Shown here: in pieces, positions 1 to 12,748 of the stretch
How positions within the stretch are numbered: the stretch's first letter is position 1
How the letters are laid out: each line of letters begins with the position of its first letter
From: Pseudomonadaceae bacterium
Lineage (GTDB): Bacteria > Pseudomonadota > Gammaproteobacteria > Pseudomonadales > Pseudomonadaceae
Direction of reading: 5' to 3'
Length of the DNA: 64,000 nt
NCBI GenBank assembly: GCA_033838285.1
Contig: JAJLLC010000059.1
Span: 42,995-106,994 of the forward strand
The notes under the pieces: generated by a model
Database searches by the model: none
What the model was told of the DNA's origin: nothing
What the model saw: the letters and a program-made list of their open reading frames with translations, nothing else
Made by a program: the position numbers and the translations under genes

Positions 1-29
1 AAGCGGTTTGCTTGCCCGAGCGGCACGAC

Positions 30-1211
30 TCAGCCCGGCGGCAGGATCATCTCGATGCTCTCGCCGAGCGACTCCTCAAGGCGCTGCAGCTCGCAGTGCA
101 GGGCGGCGGCGTCGTCGGCGTGCTCGCGGGCGATCTGCACGAAGCGCTCGGCCGCCTCGATCAGCGCCAGCACCACCGAGGGATCGAAGCGCTTGCCGCT
201 GTCCGCGCTGATCCGTGCCAGCGCCGCGGGATGATCCAGGGTCTGCCGGTAGGGGTGGTAGCTGGTCAGCTCCTCGTAGGCGCCGACCACCGCCATCAAC
301 CGCGCGGCCAGGGGGATCTGCTCGCCGCGCAGGCCCTGCGGATAGCCGCTACCGTCCCAGTGCTCGTGCTGGCAGTAGACGATGTCGCGGGCGTCGCGCA
401 GGAAGTCGGTGACGCTGCCCAGCCTGGCCTCGGCGGCCAGCAGCGCGTCGCGCCCGGCCTGGGCGTGGCCGTGCAGCAACTCCAGATCCCGGCCCTGCAG
501 CGGCACCGGGCTGAGCAGGATGCGATCCGGCAGCACCAGCTTGCCGATGCCGTGCAGCAGGGCCGACTTGCCCAGCTGGGCGATGCGCGCCTCGCTCAGC
601 TCCTCGGCCAGCAACGGCTGCTGACGGGCCAGGGTGGCCGCCAGCTCGACCATGTACGGTTCGATGCGCGCCAGGTGCTTGCCGCAGGGGTTGTCGCGCA
701 GGGCGGCGAGGCCGGCCATGGCCTCGATGGTGACCTCCTGCAGGCGCTGGATGTCGTGGGTGCGGCGGCGCACCTCCCACTCCAGGTACTCGCTGCGGTC
801 GCGCAGGAAGTCGGCGCTGGCCTTGAGTTGCAGCTGGGCGCGCACGCGGGCGAGCACGATGGGCGGGCTGATCGGCTTGGTGATGTAGTCCACCGCGCCC
901 AGATCAAAGCCCTGCTGCTCGTCGGCCAGCTCGGTCTTGGCGGTGAGAAAGATCACCGGAATCTCCGCGGTGGCCGGGTCGGCCTTGAGCCGGCGGCACA
1001 CCTCGTAGCCGTCCATCTCCGGCATCATGATGTCCAGCAGGATCAGGTCCGGCAGGCTCTCGGCGGCGATGCGCAGGGCCTTGGCGCCGTGGTTGGCGAC
1101 CTTGATGCGGTAGCTGTCGGCCAGCAGCTCGCTCATCAGCGTGAGGTTCTCCGGGGTGTCGTCCACCAGCAGGATCAGCGGTTGGTCGGGGCGGTCGAGC
1201 ATTTCCACCAT
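30..1211 (-). CDS. Response regulator, REC + degenerate HD-GYP domain (RpfG-like)
   Basis: N-terminal receiver (LLVDD..DLILLDIMMP..KP); C-terminal HEHWDGSGYP motif; HD dyad reads HG. Confidence 0.9.
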   Translation of the reverse strand: MVEMLDRPDQPLILLVDDTPENLTLMSELLADSYRIKVANHGAKALRIAAESLPDLILLDIMMPEMDGYEVCRRLKADPATAEIPVIFLTAKTELADEQQGFDLGAVDYITKPISPPIVLARVRAQLQLKASADFLRDRSEYLEWEVRRRTHDIQRLQEVTIEAMAGLAALRDNPCGKHLARIEPYMVELAATLARQQPLLAEELSEARIAQLGKSALLHGIGKLVLPDRILLSPVPLQGRDLELLHGHAQAGRDALLAAEARLGSVTDFLRDARDIVYCQHEHWDGSGYPQGLRGEQIPLAARLMAVVGAYEELTSYHPYRQTLDHPAALARISADSGKRFDPSVVLALIEAAERFVQIAREHADDAAALHCELQRLEESLGESIEMILPPG

Positions 1212-1225
1212 CGTCAGTGCCTCGT

Positions 1226-4720
<3,495 letters not shown>

Positions 4721-4834
4721 GGGGCGTCCTTGGCGGGCGGATGCGTTTTCAGCATAGGCTTTGAAAGTCAGATGCGGATTGGCAGCGCTGCCGGGCGGGT
4801 CGACAATCGGGGCATAGTTCCTCGGGAGAGCGCC

Positions 4835-5872
4835 ATGCTCGATCACGATCACTGCTGGCAGGCCCTGTGCGAGCGCGATGCGCGCTGTGACGGGCAGTTC
4901 GTCTTCGCCGTACACAGCACCGGCATCTACTGCCGGCCCAGCTGCCCGGCACGGCGGCCGCGGCGCGACAACGTCAGCTTCCACCCCGATGCGACCAGCG
5001 CCGAGGCCGCCGGCTTCCGCCCGTGTCGGCGCTGCACCCCGCGCGACAAGAGCCCGGCCGAACGGCTGGACGAACTGGTGATCGCCACCTGCCGCCTGCT
5101 GGAGGCCAGCGAACGGGCGCCGACCCTCGACCAGCTGGCGGCGCGCATCGGCCTGTCCGCCTCGCATCTGGCGCGCGCCTTCAAGGCGCGCACCGGCCTG
5201 ACTCCGCGCGCCTGGCTGGCCGCCCAGCGCCGCCAGCGCCTGGAAGCCAGCCTGCCGCAGGCCGGCTCGGTGCTGCAGGCGGCGCTGGACGCCGGCTACT
5301 CCGGCACCCGCGCGCTATATGAACAACCTTCCGCCCTCAGCCCGGCGCAGCGCCACCACAAGGGCGCCGGCGAGACGCTGCGCTACGCCATCGCCGACTG
5401 CCCGCTGGGCCTGCTGCTGCTCGCCGCCAGCGAGCGCGGCGTCTGCGCCCTGCTGTTCGGCGACGACGAGGGCGAACTGGAGGCCGAGCTGCAGCAGCGC
5501 TTCGCCGCCGCCGAGCTCAAACGCGACCAGCGCGGCCTGCGTGACTGGCTGCGCGAGGCGATCCAGCAGGTGCAGGAGCCGAGCCGCGCCGCCGGCCTGC
5601 CGCTGGACCTGCGCGGCAGCGCCTTCCAGCAGCGCGTGTGGCAGGCCCTGCGCGAGATTCCGCCGGGACAGACGCGGCGCTATGGCGAGCTGGCCGCGCA
5701 GCTCGGCAGCCACCCCCGCGCCGTGGCCCGCGCCTGCGCCAGCAACCCGCTGGGCCTGCTGGTGCCCTGTCACCGGGTGATCGGCGCCGACGGCGCGCTG
5801 ACCGGCTATCGCTGGGGCGTGGCGCGCAAGGCCGCGCTGCTGGAGCAGGAAGGCGCCACACTGGATGACTGA
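4835..5872 (+). CDS. ada: Bifunctional transcriptional activator / O6-methylguanine-DNA methyltransferase Ada
   Basis: [10 protein letters not shown] and GFRPCRRC Zn motifs, AraC-type HTH, C-terminal PCHRV active site; GGGAGAG RBS before ATG 4835. Confidence 0.95.
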   Translation: MLDHDHCWQALCERDARCDGQFVFAVHSTGIYCRPSCPARRPRRDNVSFHPDATSAEAAGFRPCRRCTPRDKSPAERLDELVIATCRLLEASERAPTLDQLAARIGLSASHLARAFKARTGLTPRAWLAAQRRQRLEASLPQAGSVLQAALDAGYSGTRALYEQPSALSPAQRHHKGAGETLRYAIADCPLGLLLLAASERGVCALLFGDDEGELEAELQQRFAAAELKRDQRGLRDWLREAIQQVQEPSRAAGLPLDLRGSAFQQRVWQALREIPPGQTRRYGELAAQLGSHPRAVARACASNPLGLLVPCHRVIGADGALTGYRWGVARKAALLEQEGATLDD

Positions 5873-5889
5873 TGCTCCCATTCCCTCGG

Positions 5890-6048
5890 TGACTCCCCTC
5901 TCCCCCTGGGAGACGACTGCACGGATGCAGGAGGTAGGGCGATGCAGGAAGCCAAAGCCGAGGGGATGGGGGGTGAGGGACTGCCAAGCCACTCCGTGTT
6001 GCCCATAGCACCCTCACCCCAACCCTCTCCCGAGGGGAGAGGGAGTCA
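5890..6048. repeat. BoxC-like palindromic repeat doublet (hairpin-tail / tail-hairpin); first unit interrupted by a 48-bp insert
   Basis: TGACTCCCCTCTCCC-CCT-GGGAGA[5914-5961]GGGG-ATGGGGGGTGAGGG and inverted CCCTCACCCCAACCCTCTCCCGAGGGGAGAGGGAGTCA. Confidence 0.85.
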
Positions 6049-6108
6049 GCTCCCAGACTTGCGACAATCCTCTGCCGGGCCGAAGCTATGCGCCCCGAAG
6101 GAGAGCCC

Positions 6109-6411
6109 ATGGATATCGCCGAACTCACCCGCCGCCTGCACGCGATCCGCGACCACAACCACTGGCGCCGCTTCCACAGCCCGAAGAACCTGGCCATGGC
6201 CGCCAGCGTGGAGATGGCCGAGCTGGTCGAGATCTTCCAGTGGCTGTCCGAGGACGAGTCGCGCCGGCTGCCGGCCGAGCAACTGCAGCACGCCGGCGAG
6301 GAAGTCGGTGACATCGTCCTCTACCTGTTGCTGCTGTGCGCCGAGCTGGGCATCGACCTGGAACAGGCGGTGCGTACCAAGCTGGCCGACAGCGAGAGGC
6401 GCTTCGCATGA
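6109..6411 (+). CDS. MazG-like nucleotide pyrophosphohydrolase
   Basis: W..FHSPKNLAMA..VE..ELVEIFQW and EEVGD motifs; ATGA overlap with next gene. Confidence 0.88.
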   Translation: MDIAELTRRLHAIRDHNHWRRFHSPKNLAMAASVEMAELVEIFQWLSEDESRRLPAEQLQHAGEEVGDIVLYLLLLCAELGIDLEQAVRTKLADSERRFA

Positions 6412-7157
6412 CTGACAGGCACTTCGACGAACTGGCCACCCGCTTCGCCGAGAAGATCTACGGCGGCGCCAAGGGCGCCATCCGCCTGGCCGTGCTGCAG
6501 GCCGACCTCAAGGAAGCGCTGCCCGAGCGGCCGCTGCGGGTGCTCGACGTCGGCGCCGGCCTCGGCCACATGAGCCTGTGGCTGGCCCAGCGCGGCCACG
6601 CGGTGACCCTGGCCGAGCCGGCCGAACCGATGCTGGAGGGCGCGCGCCAGCGTTTCGCCGAGGCCGGCGCCGAGGCGACCTTCATCCAGGCGCCCTGGCA
6701 GGACCTGCTCGGCCAGCTCACCGCACCCTATGATCTGGTGCTATGCCACGCCGTGCTGGAGTGGCTGGCCGAGCCGCACGCCATCCTGCCGGTGCTGCAC
6801 CAGCTCTGCGCGCCGCAGGGCTGGCTGTCGCTGGCCTTTTACAACAAGGACGCGCTGGTCTACCGCAACCTGCTCAAGGGCCACTTCCGCAAGCTGCGCA
6901 AGGAACGCTTCGCCGGCGAGGGACAGAGCCTGACGCCACAGAGGCCGCTCGACCCGCGCGAGCTGGCGGCGCAACTCGAGGGCCACTGGCGGGTCGAAAG
7001 CCAGAGCGGGGTACGAGTGTTCCACGACTACATGCCGGCCGAGTTCCAGGCCAAGGCCGAGCTGGCCGACCTGCTGGAGATGGAGCTGGCCTACCGCCGC
7101 CACCCGAGCTTCGCCGGCCTCGGCCGCTACCTGCACTGGCTGTGCCGGCCGCGGTAG
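6408..7157 (+). CDS. Class I SAM-dependent methyltransferase (SmtA/CmoM-like)
   Basis: VLDVGAGLG motif I; DRHFD..F..KIYG..KG.IR N-terminus; HAVLEW motif. Confidence 0.85.
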   Translation: MTDRHFDELATRFAEKIYGGAKGAIRLAVLQADLKEALPERPLRVLDVGAGLGHMSLWLAQRGHAVTLAEPAEPMLEGARQRFAEAGAEATFIQAPWQDLLGQLTAPYDLVLCHAVLEWLAEPHAILPVLHQLCAPQGWLSLAFYNKDALVYRNLLKGHFRKLRKERFAGEGQSLTPQRPLDPRELAAQLEGHWRVESQSGVRVFHDYMPAEFQAKAELADLLEMELAYRRHPSFAGLGRYLHWLCRPR

Positions 7158-7174
7158 CCCGGATGCCATCCAGG
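7154..7174 (+). repeat. GTAG-type REP (GTAGCCCGGATGC.ATCC.GGG family)
   Basis: Near match to the copy at 26613-26633; its TAG is the stop codon of the methyltransferase. Confidence 0.7.
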
Positions 7175-7182
7175 GAAATACA

Positions 7183-7207
7183 CCCCTCTCCCGTTCACGG
7201 GAGAGGG
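7183..7207. repeat. Single BoxC-like hairpin
   Basis: CCCCTCTCCCGTTCACGGGAGAGGG, identical core to the units at 15520 and 15990. Confidence 0.85.
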
Positions 7208-7244
7208 AGAAACCCGACATGTAGCCCTAATTTCCGGAGCTGCC

Positions 7245-7838
7245 ATGAGAGCCCTATTCTTACTGCCACTGCTTCTGACGCTCGCCGCCTGCCAGAGCCC
7301 CAACCCCTACACGGCGGACGGCAAGCCGCTGCCGCCGGCGCCACCTGCCGCGGCCCAGCATTTCGACCGTAGCGCCTACCCGGCCGCGCCGCACGACTAC
7401 GGCCGCTATCGCGACTGGGCCTGGCGCCAGGCGCCGGCCGGCAGTGCCTGGGCCGATGCGGCCCTGGTCGCCGAGGCGGTCGGCAACGGCCTGGACCAGC
7501 GCGGCCTGCGCCCGGTGCACGGCGGCAAGGCCGCCGACCTGCAGGTGGCGGCCGCGGTCAGCCTGGAGCGCCGCCAGTACCAGGTGCGCGACGACTACGG
7601 CAGCTATTACGGCCACGGCCCCTACGGCGACCACTACGGCCTGTACGGCAGCGTGCCGCTGGTGCGCACCTACGAGGTGGAAGTGGCGGTGGTCAGCATC
7701 GAGCTGTACGACGGCACCAGCGGCGAGCCGCTGTGGCAGGGCCGCGCCGAGGCGCGCAGCGGAGGCAGCCGCGGCGAGCGCGCCGCGGCCCTGCGCCGCG
7801 CCGTGGAAGACGCCCTGAGCGCTTACCCGCCACACTGA
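7245..7838 (+). CDS. DUF4136-like lipoprotein
   Basis: Lipobox LAAC; LDQRGL segment, Gly/Tyr-rich loop, C-terminal YPP. Confidence 0.8.
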   Translation: MRALFLLPLLLTLAACQSPNPYTADGKPLPPAPPAAAQHFDRSAYPAAPHDYGRYRDWAWRQAPAGSAWADAALVAEAVGNGLDQRGLRPVHGGKAADLQVAAAVSLERRQYQVRDDYGSYYGHGPYGDHYGLYGSVPLVRTYEVEVAVVSIELYDGTSGEPLWQGRAEARSGGSRGERAAALRRAVEDALSAYPPH

Positions 7839-7900
7839 AGCGGCGCTTGCCGAAACCGCGCAACTGGAGTTGGATAAGGCTCTGCCACCGAGGTTTCGCC

Positions 7901-8461
7901 ATGCTCCCGCGCCTGCTGTCGATACTGCCCCTGCTGCTCCTGGCCGCCTGCCAGAGCCCCCGCGTCGAACGCGACTACGACGCCAGCCGCGACTTCGCCG
8001 CCTACCGCAGCTGGAGCTGGCAGGAACCGGCCCTGCAGTACCGCCCGGACGATCCGCGGATCAGGAGCGATCTCACCGAGCAGCGCATCCGCAGCGCCGT
8101 CGACCAGCAGCTCGACCAGCGTGGCCTGCGTCCGGCCCAGGCCGGCGCACCGGCCGACCTGCGGGTGCAGGCCTGGCTGATCATCGAGCAGCGCCAGGAC
8201 CAGGTCAGCACCAGCTACGGCGGTTACTGGGGCGGTTATTGGGGAGGCTACTGGGGTGGCCCGGCCTACACCGAGACCCGCACCCAGGACTACCAGGTGG
8301 CCACTCTGCAGATCGACCTGTTCGACGGCCGCGACGGCAAGCTGGTCTGGCGCGGCAGCGCCGAACAGATCATGCGCCAGTCGCCGCCGAGTCCGGCGGA
8401 GCGCGAGGCGGCCATTCAGCGCACGGTCGCGCAGGTCCTCAACCAGTATCCACCGCACTGA
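7901..8461 (+). CDS. DUF4136-like lipoprotein (tandem paralogue)
   Basis: Lipobox LAAC; DYD...DFAAYRSWSW; KLVWRG; C-terminal YPP. Confidence 0.85.
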   Translation: MLPRLLSILPLLLLAACQSPRVERDYDASRDFAAYRSWSWQEPALQYRPDDPRIRSDLTEQRIRSAVDQQLDQRGLRPAQAGAPADLRVQAWLIIEQRQDQVSTSYGGYWGGYWGGYWGGPAYTETRTQDYQVATLQIDLFDGRDGKLVWRGSAEQIMRQSPPSPAEREAAIQRTVAQVLNQYPPH

Positions 8462-8468
8462 GTCCGAG

Positions 8469-8957
8469 ATGACCGACAGCCTGCTGAGCCATCGCCCCGC
8501 CACGGACGCCGACCTCGACCAGGTAGTGAGCTTCGTGCGCAACGCCGACGAGCTGTTCTATGCCTTCCCCCGCGCCCACTGGCCGCTGACCCGCGCACAG
8601 CTGGCGGCGGCCTGCGCCGAACGCCGCGGCAGCACCCTGGCCCTGCTCGACCGGCGCGCCGCCGGCTTCGCCAACTTCTACCAGAGCGAGCCCGGCCGGT
8701 ACTGCGCCCTGGGCAACCTGATGATCGCGCCCTGGGCCCGCGGCCAGGGCGTGGCCCAGTACCTGGTCGGAGTGATGGAGCAGCTGGCCCGGCGCGACTT
8801 CGCCGCCCAGGAGTTGCGCGTCTCCTGCTTCAACGACAATGCCGCCGGCCTGCTGCTCTACGCCCGCCTCGGCTATCGCCCGAGCGGCCTGGTCGAGCGC
8901 CAGCGCGGCCAGCAGCGGGTGGCGCTGATCCAGCTGGTCAAGCCGCTGCAAAGCTGA
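8469..8957 (+). CDS. GNAT family N-acetyltransferase
   Basis: ARGQGVA acetyl-CoA motif, N..GLLLY.RLGY. Confidence 0.85.
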   Translation: MTDSLLSHRPATDADLDQVVSFVRNADELFYAFPRAHWPLTRAQLAAACAERRGSTLALLDRRAAGFANFYQSEPGRYCALGNLMIAPWARGQGVAQYLVGVMEQLARRDFAAQELRVSCFNDNAAGLLLYARLGYRPSGLVERQRGQQRVALIQLVKPLQS

Positions 8958-9011
8958 TCAGCCGGCCAGAAAAGCGCATAATGTCGCCCCCTTCCCTACC
9001 AGGACCTCGCC

Positions 9012-9455
9012 ATGCCCAACTGGTGGCTGCTCGCCCTGCCCCTGCTCGCCGGCGCCATGCTGCCGCTGCAGGCCGGCATCAACGGCCAACTGGCCAAGCA
9101 CCTGTCCAGCGTCATGGCCGCCGCCCTGGTGTCCTTCCTGGTCGGCTCCCTGGCGCTGCTGATCGTGGTCCTCGCCCAGCGCGAGGTCACCGGCCTGGCG
9201 GCCTTCAAGGGCCTGTCCTGGTGGCACTGGAGCGGCGGCCTGCTCGGTGCCTTCTTCATCGCCACCGCCGCCTTCGCCGGGCCGCGCATCGGCGCCCTGC
9301 TGTTCATGGTGCTGGTGCTGGCCGGCCAGCTGGGCATGGCCCTGCTGCTCGATCACAACGGCTGGGCCGGCTTCCGCGAGGCCCCGATCAGCGCCGGCAA
9401 GATCGCCGGCCTGCTGCTGATTGTCGGCGGCATCTGGCTGATACGCCGCGGCTGA
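9012..9455 (+). CDS. DMT-family (YdcZ/DUF606-like) inner membrane transporter
   Basis: Hydrophobic helices; LQAGING.L, W.GGLLGA, GQL...LLLDH.G motifs. Confidence 0.85.
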   Translation: MPNWWLLALPLLAGAMLPLQAGINGQLAKHLSSVMAAALVSFLVGSLALLIVVLAQREVTGLAAFKGLSWWHWSGGLLGAFFIATAAFAGPRIGALLFMVLVLAGQLGMALLLDHNGWAGFREAPISAGKIAGLLLIVGGIWLIRRG

Positions 9456-9545
9456 AGCGCACCACGTCGGATTAATGGCACTTTGCTTTCAATCGCCCTG
9501 CGCCGCGGCTATGCTGCTGATCTGCCGTATTTGTGATCACAACAC

Positions 9546-10673
9546 ATGGCTCCGGACGCCCGCCTCCATCAGACCGACAGTTTCGCGCTCTGGCGCGAGA
9601 GCCAGGACATGCGCGTGCGCACGCGCCTGGGCGGCATCTTCTATCTGCTGGCCTGGCTGCTCACCTGGGGCTTCAGCGCCACACCCGGCAGTGCAACCAG
9701 CCTCGGCCTGAGTGGCGCCCTGTTCTTCGCCCTGATGCTGGCCGCACGCTGGCTGCACCGCTTGCCCGCCCAGGAAAGCCGGGGCTGCCTGGAGCAGTGG
9801 ATCGCCCGCCACTGGCTGCTGATTCACGCCACCTGCCTGGGCTGGGGCCTGGCCCACGGCTGGGCGCTGTGGTCGCTGCCCTTCGAAAGCTCGCGGACGA
9901 TCGCCACCCTCAGCACCGTGGCCTTCAGCACCGCCATGGCCTTCAACTTCCCGATGCGCAAGCAGCGCTGCGTAATAGCCATCCTCCTGCTCTACCTGCC
10001 CGGCCTGGCTGTGCTGGCCTGGCAATGGCCGATCCAGGAGTCGCTGGCGGTGACCCTGGCCTTCTACCTCGGCTACCTGCTGCTGGCGCTCAACCGCAGC
10101 CATCGCGAATACCACGCCACCCTCGACCTGGAGCAGCAACTGCTGGAGCAGCGCGAGCGCTACGACCAGCTCAGCCGCACCGACAGCCTGACCCAGCTGG
10201 GCAATCGCCTGCAGTTCAACGGCCTGTTCCCGGCCATGGTCGCCAGCGCCCGGCGCCAGGGCACGCCGCTGAGCCTGGTGCTGCTGGACATCGACTTCTT
10301 CAAGCGGATCAACGACCAGTACGGCCACAGCAGCGGTGACGCCTGCCTCGGTGCCTTCGCCGAGCGCATGCGCCAGGTGTTCCGCCGCGACAGCGACGCC
10401 CTGCTGCGCCTGGGCGGCGAGGAGTTCGGCGTGCTGATGCCAGGCACCCCGCTGGAGGAGGCCTGCGCCCTGGCCGAACGCTTCCGCGCCGAACTGGCCG
10501 AAGGCGGCTTCGAGCTGTATGGCCAGCGCCTGCCGCTGACCACCAGCCTGGGCGCCGGCAGCTTCGACCCGCTGCGCGACGAGAGCGCCGAGGCCTTCTT
10601 CAAGCGGGTCGACGATGCGCTGTACCGGGCCAAGGCCGAGGGGCGGGACAGGCTGGTTCTAGCCGGCCATTAG
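9546..10673 (+). CDS. Membrane-anchored diguanylate cyclase
   Basis: Multiple N-terminal TM helices; TDSLT.LGNR, DIDFFK.IND.YGH, RLGGEEF. Confidence 0.9.
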   Translation: MAPDARLHQTDSFALWRESQDMRVRTRLGGIFYLLAWLLTWGFSATPGSATSLGLSGALFFALMLAARWLHRLPAQESRGCLEQWIARHWLLIHATCLGWGLAHGWALWSLPFESSRTIATLSTVAFSTAMAFNFPMRKQRCVIAILLLYLPGLAVLAWQWPIQESLAVTLAFYLGYLLLALNRSHREYHATLDLEQQLLEQRERYDQLSRTDSLTQLGNRLQFNGLFPAMVASARRQGTPLSLVLLDIDFFKRINDQYGHSSGDACLGAFAERMRQVFRRDSDALLRLGGEEFGVLMPGTPLEEACALAERFRAELAEGGFELYGQRLPLTTSLGAGSFDPLRDESAEAFFKRVDDALYRAKAEGRDRLVLAGH

Positions 10674-10785
10674 AACCTATACAAAAGTTATACAAAAAGC
10701 CTGGAAACAACCCGAATTACTTGTACAATCCTCTGACGCCATTAACTTGCCATCATCCCGGCACCCCGGCTCAGAGGAACCGACC

Positions 10786-12741
10786 ATGTTCAAGACCCTG
10801 CTGCTCGACCTCAGCGTTCGCAAGAAGCTGCTCTGCGGCTTCGGGCTGGTGCTGCTGATCACCCTGGGCGTCGCCCTGACCAGCCAGAGGGCACTGGAGA
10901 GCACCCTGTGGCGCTTCGACATGCTGCTGCGGGTCAACCAGATCGACAGCACCCTGGCTCATGCCCGCCAGGACGAAAAGAACTTCATCCTGCGCGGCGA
11001 TGACAAGTACCTGAGCCAGGCGCTGCAGGCCATCGACGAGATCGACCGTCTGGTGGACGAGAGCCTGGCACTGATGACCCGCCCGGAAACCATCGCGCTG
11101 ATGCAGGCGATCCGCACCGATGCGGCCGCCTACCGCCAGCAGCTGCAGGCCCTGGAACGCGCCAGTTCCGGTAATCGTGAAGCACAGGCCGCCATGGAGA
11201 AGGCCGCCCGCGAGGCCCTGGTGCAGTTCGACGAGCTGGAGCAGCGCCTGAACCAGGCCGCCGTCGAGCAGATTCGCCAGAGCGGCGACGAGAACAGCAT
11301 CCGCACCCTGGAATTCGCCAACCAGGCCAGCACCCTGGCCCGGCAGATGCTCGACGCCCGGCGCCACGAGAAGAACTTCATCATCAGCGGCGCGGCCGAA
11401 CATGCCCAGCGCCTGCAGAGCCAGTTCGACGGCCTGCAGCAGCTCGGCCAGGAACTGCGCGCCCAGCTGGACGACCCGGCCGCGCGTGCCGATATCGATG
11501 CCGCCATGCAACGACTCGACGCCTACCGCAGCGACTTCGAGCGCCTGCGCCAGGCCGTGGCGCAGCGCGACAGCAGCGAAAGCGACATGACCGAGCGCGC
11601 ACGCCTGGTCTCCAAGGCCTCGGCCGACTCCCTGGCCCTGCAGATGAGCATTCTCGAGGAGGAAGCCGATCAGGCCGAGGCCCTGCTGCTTGGCGCCAGC
11701 GTGATTGCCTTCGTCATCGGTCTGGCCTGCGCCCTGCTGATTACCCAGCTGATCGTGCGTCCCCTGCAGCAGGTCGTCGGCCTGGCGCGCAAGGTGGCCG
11801 AGGGCGACCTGTCGGAGAACATCGAGACGAGCCGGGGCGACGAGCTGGGCCAGCTGATGCGCGCCATGCAGGCCATGACCGAGAGCCTGCGCAGCCTGCT
11901 GACCCGCCTGAGTAGCGGCATCGAGCAGCTGGCCACGGCGGCGGAGGAAATGTCCGCGGTCACCGAACAGACCAGCGCCGGCGTCGCGCAGCAGCGCATG
12001 GAGACCGAACAGGTGGCCACGGCGATGAACGAGATGACCGCCACCGTGCAGGACGTCGCGCGCAACGCCGAGGCCGCCGCCGGCTCCGCCGAGCAGGCCG
12101 ACTACCAGGCGGCCCAGGGCAGCCACACCGTGCAGCAGGCCATCGCCCGCATCGAGAGCCTGGCGCAGAGCATCGAGCAGTCGGGCGATTCCATCGAGCG
12201 CCTGAAGCAGGACAGCAACAACATCGGCACCGTGCTCGACGTGATCAAGAGCATCGCCGAGCAGACCAACCTGCTGGCGCTCAATGCGGCCATCGAGGCG
12301 GCCCGCGCCGGCGAGGCCGGACGCGGCTTCGCCGTGGTGGCCGACGAGGTGCGCGCACTGGCGCGGCGTACCCAGGAGTCGACCGCCGAGATCGAGGGGC
12401 TGATCAGCACCCTGCAGAGCGGTGCCGAGGGGGCGGTGCAGACCATGGATCAGAGCCGCGACCAGGCCGGCGACACAGTGGCCGCCGCCCGCCAGGCCGG
12501 CGAGGCGCTGCAGGCGATCAACCTGGCGGTGTCGAACATCCAGCAGATGAACCAGCAGATCGCCACCGCCGCGGAGCAGCAGAGCTCGGTGGCCGAGGAG
12601 ATCAACCGCAGCGTGTCGAGCATCCGCGACGTGGCCGAGCAGTCGGCCGCGGCCACCGAGGAAACCTCGGCGGCCAGCGTCGACCTGGCCCGCCTAGGCG
12701 GCGAGCTGCAGGCACTGGTCAACCGCTTCAAGCTGGCCTGA
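10786..12741 (+). CDS. Methyl-accepting chemotaxis protein (large helical, HBM-like sensor domain)
   Basis: Two [39 protein letters not shown]; twice-repeated EKNFI sensor motif. Confidence 0.92.
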   Translation: MFKTLLLDLSVRKKLLCGFGLVLLITLGVALTSQRALESTLWRFDMLLRVNQIDSTLAHARQDEKNFILRGDDKYLSQALQAIDEIDRLVDESLALMTRPETIALMQAIRTDAAAYRQQLQALERASSGNREAQAAMEKAAREALVQFDELEQRLNQAAVEQIRQSGDENSIRTLEFANQASTLARQMLDARRHEKNFIISGAAEHAQRLQSQFDGLQQLGQELRAQLDDPAARADIDAAMQRLDAYRSDFERLRQAVAQRDSSESDMTERARLVSKASADSLALQMSILEEEADQAEALLLGASVIAFVIGLACALLITQLIVRPLQQVVGLARKVAEGDLSENIETSRGDELGQLMRAMQAMTESLRSLLTRLSSGIEQLATAAEEMSAVTEQTSAGVAQQRMETEQVATAMNEMTATVQDVARNAEAAAGSAEQADYQAAQGSHTVQQAIARIESLAQSIEQSGDSIERLKQDSNNIGTVLDVIKSIAEQTNLLALNAAIEAARAGEAGRGFAVVADEVRALARRTQESTAEIEGLISTLQSGAEGAVQTMDQSRDQAGDTVAAARQAGEALQAINLAVSNIQQMNQQIATAAEQQSSVAEEINRSVSSIRDVAEQSAAATEETSAASVDLARLGGELQALVNRFKLA

Positions 12742-12748
12742 GGCGGGC

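Noticed and set aside
4721-4834. Ada box in the divergent kinase/ada promoter
   Set aside because: Expected by analogy with E. coli, but no clear AAT-N6-GCAA match could be supported.
5942-6108. ORF-track peptides containing PSPQPSPEGRG / LSRERER (also near 7200, 15900, 58000, 61800)
   Set aside because: These are translations of the BoxC-like repeat, not genes.
8219-8254. 12-bp tandem repeat encoding (GGYW)3
   Set aside because: Diverged at synonymous sites and typical of the low-complexity loop of this lipoprotein family.
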